Shown: positions 53,696 to 64,000 of the stretch, one piece after another
How positions within the stretch are numbered: position 1 is the stretch's first letter
How the letters are laid out: each line of letters begins with the position of its first letter
Assembly: GCA_951406725.2 (NCBI GenBank)
Contig: OX597818.1
Location: 74,028,001 to 74,092,000, forward strand
Source: Octopus vulgaris
Taxonomy: Eukaryota
DNA: 64,000 bases
Reading direction: 5' to 3'
Notes under the pieces: model-generated
What the model saw: the letters and a program-made list of their open reading frames with translations, nothing else
Told to the model about the DNA's origin: nothing
Database searches by the model: none
Made by a program: the position numbers and the translations under genes

Positions 53696-55535
53696 TGGGA
53701 GGCAAGCAGGTAGACTGAAGCTTGAGCCTACGCATATATGTATATATAGATGTAATAATATTCACCACTCCTCAGCTGAATGCATGCACAGATATAAATA
53801 TATTCATACGTACATCCACACATACATATAGACACACACACATACTCACAAACGCACTCAAACACAGAAGCACTAAATTTTATGGCAATCTACTTTCGTT
53901 ACTACGGTATCTTTGTAAATAAATATTACAATTTCACTCATATGTTATATTCGACAGAACCTCAATGTATCGCGGTGTTTATGTGAGACTGTACTTCCGA
54001 CATTATTCTTTCATTTTAATATGTACCCTTATTTAATCTATTTTTACCAATATCAATGTTCAGTTGTAGATTTATAAAATTTGATTTTCAATTTCTTCTA
54101 TTAGTGAACGTATACTTGATCACCGATACTGCTAGCATATATCTCGTCACCGACATATTTGAAGGTATATATGTCCAGGAAAATTGTCTGTAAACATTAC
54201 TGTTTAACTTACATGTCATCGAAATACATAATGATAATAATCAATCTGTTAATAGAGAACCAAACTTGACCGTAATTCATTTATCTAAAATTTTAAAGCT
54301 GCTACATACATAGCAATAGACAAACTGGGCTTCAATAAAAAAAAACACGAATGGAACAATAAGGCCCATCATGACACCACACAACATGAAAACTAAAGGC
54401 AATGGGAGAGAAGAGAGGAGGAAAAAATAAAATAGAATATTCCAAAACACAGACACAAATACGGAAATACTAACACAGCAGACATATATACACAAACCTG
54501 CGATAATGTAAGAAATACAGATAGATAATAAAAATATTATAAATATATTTATCACGTACCCGTAATAAATATAAGAAATGAAGATAAAGAAATAAAGAAT
54601 AAAGAAATCTGAATAAAGGGCACGAGATAGGAAGCGAACCCATATACATATAGAAACACACACTAACATCACAGACGGGTGCGACAACATCAAGAATACG
54701 AATTAATTTTTGTTAACCATAAAAGATATAATATCAAGAACACGAATAACAACGACAGCAGTAACAGCAGTGAAAACGATGGCAACAACAACAACAAGCA
54801 ACAACAGCAACAACAACAACAACGACTAGCATGATGGCAGCAGCGTGGGCGAACACGCAAACACAATGAGGTACAAAAACTGTACCAAATTTCGGGTCCT
54901 AGGACAGCAGCAGCGAAAATGGGGGAGAGGATGGGGCTGAGGAGAAGGCCGTAGAGCTATTAAGAACAATGGCACACACACACACACAAACACAGGTGAA
55001 AAAACATGCGCATATAAGAACACACTTCATAGAAGAACAAAATGAGATAAGTGAAGCAAGAGCACACACGAAGACGGAAAGTGTAGCTGAAGAGGTTATA
55101 GATGTGTGTCGAAAGATTTCTGGACAATGAACACGAGTGCCCACATATGCATATATATATATATATAGTTTTTCCGATCTCAGCGCGCCAAGTGAAGGCA
55201 TTTGAAAGATACACAAAAATATAATTGATTGGACTCCATGCATGCGAGACTCCGGTCAAACGTTTTTGCATCTAGTCCTGCAAATCGTATTTCTATATGA
55301 CAGACCATGCCGACGAGATTGCAGTTTATCCTTGCGGATATTAACAATCGAAACTGATCGGTACATGGGTAATCATTTTTATTTCATATATTTTCATTTG
55401 TCTTGCTTATTTTTAATGCTTTGGTTTGTGCTGAGTTTTTATTTGAGAACATATTCTTTGTGGAAAATAGCGATTTGACGTCTATATCTAGCATGTTGAC
55501 CGTCCACTTTTAGTGGTCAGTCCTTTAAATTTTGT

Positions 55536-55689
<154 letters not shown>

Positions 55690-55704
55690 TAATATATATA
55701 TAAT

Positions 55705-56102
55705 GTGAAGTACATTTGCCATCTCAATATGGCTCACCACTAAGGGTGGATGTTACTGTAGCTTGTAGCCCCAGGAGAACATCTTCTCCAGCTGGCTATT
55801 GACACACTTTCTGTGCCCTATCGATATTTGCAAAGAGAGATCATCCTTCCCTCTTCAACCTAAGTGATACGCACGGAATGCAGTTTCTGGGTATTCATCC
55901 GTCATCAGCGCACGACAATCACTGGTTTTCGATGGAAGGGACCCAATGCAAATACATATATCCTTTTTCCAGTGTCTTTTCGTCACTGATCTTGAAAAAG
56001 TGTAAACAAGCAATAATAAATCTCTGAACGAGGTGCAGACAGTAATTGCACGACAACGTGAAGTATATTTGCCATCTAAATATGGCTAACCACTAAGGAT
56101 GG
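55705..56102 (-). mobile_element. Retrozyme/PLE-pLTR-like unit (353-bp period, 45-bp terminal direct repeat) with a hammerhead
   Basis: Direct repeats 55705-55749 and 56058-56102 (4 mismatches), hammerhead motif at 55870-55914, flanked by (TA)n. Confidence 0.7.
55870..55914 (-). ncRNA. Minimal type I hammerhead motif (degenerate)
   Basis: cgugcg CUGAUGA cgga-ugaaua-ccca GAAAC-UGCA-(u)UC cgugcg. Confidence 0.55.
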
Positions 56103-56112
56103 TGCATATATA

Positions 56113-56160
<48 letters not shown>

Positions 56161-57604
56161 TTAACTTAGAAGTATTTATATTACAACTTTCTAATAAATC
56201 CTTTTGGGTCATCATATTTCCATTATATACCCAGCGAATACGCTGACACTGATTTTGATGGCTTCATCATCTCTTCATAATCGCTTTGTCATCATTAGCC
56301 TGCACCCCAGATGCCTACAGTAGTGACATATTAAGTGGATGACACGAGCACAACGTTTGTTTAAATATGAAGTTTGATAGTTCGAATTGTGTAGGAATTA
56401 ATGTGTATTTTAGAGAAAAACGTTAAGTCGATCACTTATCGGATTGATGAAACACAACTTTTGTATAAATACTGTAACTATTCATCCTATTGACGAGTTT
56501 AATAGTCAGATCAATTATGATCTTCATCAGAATATACCCTTTTAAAACGTTAGAAATTTATTCGAGTCTTGCTGACATTTCATTAATCTCTCCTGTTATT
56601 ACACGAGGATTTCTCAAGATATAAGCGTTATCTCATAACATTTAAATTTTAAATTTTCAAATCTAAAGGAAAAAGGAAATCATGTGATGATTTGCAATAA
56701 AACGAAACGCCATTACTCATCAATATAACAGCGTCACTTACATTTTTTTTCCTGGAAAGTTAAAATCGTAATTTTTGAAGTTTATTTTTATAATTGACTA
56801 GTATTTCCGGTCGATATCTTTTTTGTTTTATAAACATTCTCATTTATGTAGTGTGAAACACCAGAAAATTGAATTTCTCAACCGGTTTCTATTTTTGGAT
56901 GAAGCAGGTTTAATTCAGTAAAAATGAAGAATATACGTATCAAACTCTCGCAGATGCTTAAGCTGGTGTCAGAAATGCAAGCAAAGTATCGACATATTAC
57001 ACTACTGAGCTTTTATAAATTTATCCACTAATTTAACACACGTTGAGATTATGTTTACCTCACTATCCTAATCAACAGATGTTTTTTGTTATTTTCCATA
57101 GCAAAGAGCAAATCATGTTAGGTGAGTAACAGGCTATTTGGAAGTTTACTCGTATTTGTTTTCTACAGAATACAAAACGATATATCGGTTGCATTACTCA
57201 GTATGAGATGCCTCATTAATTTGTTAATTTGTTCTCCCTCCGACACTAGTGTTTGAGGTTTAATTTTAAGCAGAAATTGCTTCGAATTTCCTACAGTATT
57301 CCATGTAAATTAATCACAGAAAGGAAATTATCACCAGGAAAATGTTGTTGGAGATGTTTAGTTCTAGTTTAGATCTGATCGAACAAACGGATCATTGAAT
57401 CTACGCTCAAGCTTTGACCACCCGGCTTCATGTAAGATATAGTATATTATTCCTATTTTCTTTGGATAATTCTTCTGAGGTTTTGGAACGATGTACACGC
57501 TACCATATTGACTTCGTTGAATATATGTGTGGATGTCTGTGTACGTGTGTGTGTGTGTGTACGTGTATTTCTGTGTGTATATGTATGTGAGTCTGTGTGT
57601 ATTT

Positions 57605-57820
57605 TTTTATTGTTTCAGTCATTAGACTGCAGCCATGTTATATCACCGCCTTAAAGGGTTTTTTAGTCGAAGAAATCGCCTCCAGGATTTATTCCTTGTA
57701 AGCCTAATACTTATTGTATGGATCTCTTTTGATGAACCGCTAGGTTACAGGGACGTTAACACACCAGCATCCGCTGTCAAGCGAGGTATGGGGGACAAAC
57801 ACAGATACAAAAACACATAC
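57605..57820 (-). mobile_element. SINE family A 3' part
   Basis: tgtttcagtcattagactgcagccatg...gaaatcg.c.ccagga.ttattc. Confidence 0.8.
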
Positions 57821-57862
57821 ATAAATATACATACATACATATAACACACACACACACACGCT

Positions 57863-57919
<57 letters not shown>

Positions 57920-57968
57920 CTTGCTTGGAAATGGATGCGTTACGTTCGATCATATAATAATATAAATA

Positions 57969-58050
<82 letters not shown>

Positions 58051-58339
58051 CCGTGCAACCCAAGCGTAGTACGGCACCGCGAAAAAAATTGGAGCGGAAT
58101 CTTTACTATTGTGACAAAGCTGTAAGGTGAAACGTAACGATGGAGGTGGTAGAAAGAGAGCAGAAACTTTTGTAGTAGAAATAGAAGACCAAGGTTGTAG
58201 ATACAGAAGATACAGAGGGATTACGATTGAACTTTTACAATCAGCCAAACTATTCTTTTAGGATCGTGTGTGTGTGTGTGCATGTGCGCGCGCGTGAGTT
58301 CAAACAACACCGTTGTATATGTTAGCAATATTACTATGT

Positions 58340-58830
58340 AGGAAGGCGGTGAGCTGGCAGAAATGTCATCACGCCGGGCGAAATGCGTAGCCTTATTTCG
58401 TCTGCCGTTACGTCCTTAGTTCAAATTCTGGGGTCGATGTAATCGACTTAATCCGTTTGTCCTCGCTGTGTTTAGCCTCTTGTGGGTAGTAAGGAAATAG
58501 GTATTTCGTCTATCTTTACATTTTGAGTTAAATTTCCGCCTAGGTCGACATTGCCTTTCATCCTTTTGGGGTCGATAAGTTAACTAGCAGTTGAGTACTG
58601 GTCCGATCTAATCGACTGGCCTCCTCCCCAAAATTTTCGGGTCCTGTGCTTAGAGTAGAAAAGAAAAGAATATTACAATGTAGAAGTCGGCGAGCTGGCA
58701 GAATCGATGCCCGTCTGTACGTTCTGAGTTCAAATTCCACCGAGGTCGACTTTTCCTTTCATCCTTTTGTGGTCGATAATTTAATCCCTTCACCCAAATT
58801 TGAGGCCTTGTGCTTCCAGTAGAAAGAATA
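58340..58830 (+). mobile_element. Tandem cluster of family B SINEs
   Basis: Repeated ggcg.gagctggcagaa heads (58343, 58686) and gaggtcgac..gcctttcatcc cores. Confidence 0.85.
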
Positions 58831-60153
58831 TTACAATGTAGTTCTGACGGTCAATGATTTACGATGGCTATAGTATTTTCTAGCCTTCAATAGGAAGATT
58901 ATTAAGGCTTTCGTTTTATAGCGATTTCAAAGCGCTCTGAGATTTGTGATGACTTTATAAGTCTTAAATATGTAATGAGCAAGGCTAATTTCTTGTTTGT
59001 GCAACAGTTGTGAACTGGCTGGTGTAGTGGCTTGGGGTGGAAGGAAGCATTTATTCAGTAATGTGGTGTGAAATAAGAGAATGAACAATAATAAGACGTC
59101 CTTTACAAACACTTAAACATTGTAATTATCATTTCTACTTGGTTAACATTTCTTGACAACGTTAATTTAAACGTAAATAGGGTTTATTTGATAGAACTGA
59201 GATCGGAATACCAAGTTAAGGTATTACAATATCTAGTTTCTGAGATTTGTTCCAATCCCATCAAAAGATTTAGTTTAAACACATCTAATACAAAACAGAT
59301 GATTCAGTCGATGGCACAACTAACCAAGAATAGATTTAACGTTAGTCCAGGATATAAAACCAATTGTCATTTCCGTTATCAAAATTATATACACAATATT
59401 GTTTGAGTTTAAGTTGCTTTTAGCTTCCATGTCGCTCGGCAAATCACCATGATGCATGTAACAAAACTTGCATGAAATTTAGTGACAGAAATATGAATGA
59501 AAGATCATCCAGGCAGTCAATCGGCTTATTAGAAATAATTGCTTAATCTGATGCGAGTCATATAAAACTGTTTTCAAAAGGAACACAATACATGGGGAAA
59601 TATAATTAGATGACTAATATTTGTGGAATTATTTTGAAGTGGGAATGGAATCCAGGATCACATAAATAACCAAAATGCACTCCCATAAGATTATATGAAC
59701 ACAGGCGTATACACAAAGAAAGTACACACACAAACACACACACATACACACACACATACATACATACCCACATGCATGAATGTATAAATACACGCATCTG
59801 TAATATCATGCAGTTCTTAATTATTATGTTATTCTTGCATAAATTTCAGTCATTGCACTGCATCCAATCTGGGGACCACATTCAAGGGGTTAGTCATATA
59901 TATCGAAACCCAACACTTAGGATGGCACTCTCGTCATATATTACTTGTTATCACATCGTCACGTTGCACAAAACTAGGTGACATTAAAAAATTCAAGAAA
60001 CGGAAACTCAAACACACAGCCGATATATTGAGTTTAGAGAGAAAAGTTGAGAGTAACTTCACAGTTTCATCTAAGCTGCCTTTGTGAGATACCCATCTCA
60101 CATTCACGCTTACTCTCTCTCTCTCTTTCTTTTTCCCACTTTCACTCTCTCTC

Positions 60154-60186
<33 letters not shown>

Positions 60187-60643
60187 TTCTCATTCTGATT
60201 CTCTCTCTTCATATATGTATGTATGCATGCATGACCGGCTACTTACAACAAACGGGATACATAGAATACAAAGTATGAGTACTTATATTTTTTATTAATT
60301 CTAGTCGAGGGAAAGTAGCAAAAAAGAATGAAGGGTGGAGACTTTCGTGTATGCTCGATAAGTGCTGCGGATGAAAATATCGGTTCAGAAGTTATCTTCA
60401 GAAATTTCTGCGCATGACCAATAATATAGACATAGCTATATGAGTACAATGTACATACCAAGCATAAATACATACAACATTCGCACATAAACATACACAA
60501 TACACACAATAGGATCACACTCACACGTCTTTATGCTCTCACACACATATGTGAAAACGTCCATCCGCGCACAGACAGAATCTTCTGTACATGAAACACA
60601 CATCACTCCACAAAATGTACTCACTAGATTATTTATACATACG

Positions 60644-60682
<39 letters not shown>

Positions 60683-60709
60683 TTTAAGCTCGCCCTCACA
60701 ACATTCTAC

Positions 60710-60746
<37 letters not shown>

Positions 60747-60838
60747 CGTGTGTGTTTTGGATATATATATATATATATATGTGTTTTGGATTTGGTTTGC
60801 AAGATTCTTTATATGAGTTCGTGTGTTGAAGCATATTT

Positions 60839-61015
60839 GTTGTGTCTGGGGAGAGTCATTTTCTTTTTGTGCCTTATAATGTCAAAACTATTGAAAAGGT
60901 TGCAAGACGCAATGAAAACTTTAGGAAAATAAAAAAAAGAAAAAAGTGGAAATTTTACCGGTGAGTGTGTTACATTATAAGGCACAAAAAGAAAACGACT
61001 CTCTCCAGACACAAC
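60839..61015. repeat. 44-bp inverted repeat
   Basis: Arms 60839-60882 and 60972-61015, 2 mismatches. Confidence 0.9.
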
Positions 61016-61017
61016 AG

Positions 61018-61048
<31 letters not shown>

Positions 61049-61425
61049 AGAATGTTGAAAACGAACACATGAGTTTATATGCACAATAACACAATGTAGA
61101 ACATACCAAAATAATTTTATTATGAAGAACATTTTAGCAGCGGTTTCAGTCTTTGCAACTTTTTTCAACTTAGAGTAAAGCATGGAAAACAATTAAATTG
61201 TGGGAAAATTAAATGAAATGCCTTTTTTATAAATATTTCCATAGTTTTCAAATATAAGGGACATTTTACTTTTTTCTGTCTCTATCTCACTTTTTACTCT
61301 TCTGAAGGCTTAGAAGTAGGTAGTAGGTAGTAGGTAGTAGTAATCCTAAAACAATATTTTATATGAGTTCTTGATTTTGATTGTTTAAGCAAGAGTATCC
61401 GAGGAAGGAAGCAAAGACGACGAAA

Positions 61426-61477
61426 AAGAAGAAGAAGAAGAAGAAGAAGAAGAAGAAAAAGAAGATAAGAAGGAGAA

Positions 61478-61508
<31 letters not shown>

Positions 61509-61512
61509 AAGA
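61426..61512. repeat. (GAA)n microsatellite
   Basis: Direct reading. Confidence 0.95.
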
Positions 61513-61649
61513 GATGATAGGAAGAGAAGGAATATGGAAAAATATGGAAGTGATATGACACAGGTAAGATGTTGGTGGAATCCTCTTAAATGGCCAAGTG
61601 ACCTAAAAGTGACATGTGGTTGTAATGGTACTGACTGGAATTGTTCTGA

Positions 61650-61700
<51 letters not shown>

Positions 61701-61752
61701 TATGTGTATATATATATATATATATATGAATATATACATATATCAGTATGTA

Positions 61753-61790
<38 letters not shown>

Positions 61791-61988
61791 GTAGGTAAAT
61801 GAATTATCCTAGTATGGATAATTCGGTTAATCGATACCTGAGTAGCAAATTCACGTCAGTAAAACACGGTTGAAGCTACATGCCAAGGTCAGAACTCCGT
61901 GTTTGTGTGTGGAAATTTGTGTGTTTTTTTTTATATGAATAAATGAAAAGAATGGAGTCGAACGAAGATTTTAACAAAATTCCTTTAC

Positions 61989-62069
61989 TTTCAACATATG
62001 TTTCGAAGACTGCATACTCTTAATTCTGAAGGAATGAAGGTTGCATTATGCCGTCTTTTCATCAGGAAA
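61989..62069 (-). ncRNA. Type I hammerhead ribozyme motif with extended stem II and palindromic stem III
   Basis: uuuc CUGAUGA aaagac-g-gcaua...uaugc-a-gucuuc GAAAC-AUAU-GUU gaaa. Core intact; 10.1/11.1 is A-C. Confidence 0.7.
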
Positions 62070-62169
62070 TACAAGGAACCTATATCAGCCTCAAGACGGA
62101 CAAAAGCTTCTTAATAACTGCCTACATGATTTCCACAGTAACAATCGGTTACATTATGCCGTCCATGTA

Positions 62170-62297
62170 AATTAGCAGTTCGACAAAAACTGACCGATAG
62201 AATAAGAATGAGTCCTGGGGTCGATTTGCTCGACTAAAGGCGGTGCTCCAGGATGACCGCAGTCAAATGACTGAAACAAGTAAGAGAATAAAGAATA
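62170..62297 (+). mobile_element. SINE family A 3' part
   Basis: gtcctggggtcgatttgctcgactaaaggcggtgctcca..gcagtcaaatgactgaaacaag. Confidence 0.85.
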
Positions 62298-62391
62298 TAT
62301 ATATATATTTATATATTCAAATACTCATCTACTTACATATATACGTATATATACGCATGCATTTGCGTGTTAGTGCATGTGTGTGTACGTG

Positions 62392-62434
<43 letters not shown>

Positions 62435-63041
62435 CACACTTAGATACAGTTTCGTCTGCCAAATATTTCTTTTGTATGCGTCGAACTCATGCTTTTACAA
62501 AGTAAACCAAGACTCAGTGCTTTGAGATGAAAAGCCTGTGGCGCCAAGACACTGAAGTGAACACTGTTACCACAGAGCCAAACTTTTACGCATATACAAA
62601 ATAATAAGAAATATATGTGAAAAATAATTCTTCTCTTGAGAAAAGTAAAATAGTAAAAAGGTCAACTTCTAAACTTAATGTCATCTTCTAGATTACATAA
62701 TTTTAATTATGGGTGTGTATATGTATGTGGATATGGGCATGTGTGTAAGATTACATATTAACAAGCACTATTATATTTAGTTTATGTCTGTGTGAAAGAA
62801 CATAGTATATTTTATCCGTAAGAATTTCAGAGTGTATAGTCCGATTAATATTGATGCAGACAGGATCTCGCTTTTATGTACGTAAGATATATATGTGTAA
62901 CGCTGCAACGCGAGAGAGCATATGTTTACATGCGCTTCTACTATATCTACTATACCTATTATATCTATATGTGTATGTAGATGATGTGTGTGTGTATGCA
63001 TGTATATGTATGTATGTATGTATATAAATATATATATAGAG

Positions 63042-63079
<38 letters not shown>

Positions 63080-63831
63080 CGTATATATATGTAAATCTAT
63101 ATGTTTATATATATATATATATATATATATAACACATACACACGCATTTATATATGAAAGTGTATTTGTATGTGCCTAAGTGTGGATGTATATATGTATG
63201 GTTGTATGTATGTTTAAACATATATCAGAATGATTTCCATGTGGGTGAACCTTTGTGGCTAACACTTCGTGCCATTCGGTGGTTTTACAATACGTGCTGA
63301 CCAGCAGAAAGAAGTATTGCACTGTGATCGTTTATAATTAAAGTGCACATCGACACATGAACACGTATTTAGAAACCTGAAGGTTGTTGAAGTTTTGCCA
63401 TTGCTATCACCTGCTGGCTTTAATAAAGCTTGTGACTGCACGAATGTTAGCCAACGAATTAATAACGCTGTGTAATCATTAAACGTCGATGGTTTTTCGC
63501 CAGCGCTAGTAACAACAGCTGTTTGCATTGTAGATAATAAACGAGAAGGATAGCTATGTAGCTGTCATCTACACACACTTTGGATTTAATCGTTGTAAAC
63601 TGACAGAGGAAATATTGACTGATCAGGTGAAAAGCCTATGTACGTGTGTGTGTGTGTGTGTGTGTGCATATATATAATTACATACATACATATATATATG
63701 CGCACATACACACACACACATATATACATATATATATATACATACACACACGCGCAGAGTTACTTAGACTGATCGATCGATCGATAGATAGACAGATAGA
63801 TAGATGTTTACATTCATACATGTGTGTGTAA

Positions 63832-63976
<145 letters not shown>

Positions 63977-64000
63977 CACACAGTGGTTGATTGGAAAGGG

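Noticed and set aside
54660-55330. CAA/CAG-rich, CpG-containing block that might be a poly-Q exon or promoter
   Set aside because: The poly-Q frame and the ATG-initiated frame that I checked are closed by stops; no convincing splice sites or promoter evidence
63259-63528. 89-aa ORF in unique sequence
   Set aside because: No recognisable motif; length is within chance expectation

Overview
AT-rich eukaryotic DNA with no recognisable host protein-coding gene; it is intronic or intergenic. The dense (TA)n/(CA)n/(GATA)n/(TAA)n microsatellites and the tRNA-derived SINE families resemble an octopod (cephalopod) genome, which is an inference. Nearly all ORFs in the track are microsatellite artefacts. 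The real coding remnants are all transposon-derived: two Penelope-like elements (an RT+GIY-YIG copy at 240-1650 and a Neptune-type RT at 26.8-28.0 kb), a young CR1/L2-type LINE 3' end, RTE and R4/Dong-type LINE relics, several mariner/Tc1/maT transposons, a Chapaev3-like relic and Helitron pieces. The non-coding layer is the most interesting part. It has several minimal hammerhead-ribozyme motifs in small microsatellite-embedded elements, including a ~353-bp retrozyme/pLTR-like unit. One hammerhead-like motif at 20877-20952 has its three strands in reversed order, unlike types I/II/III. There are also many fold-back inverted duplications around (TA)n tracts, one of which carries a 36-bp mariner fragment. 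All pairings and alignments were done by eye and boundaries are approximate.
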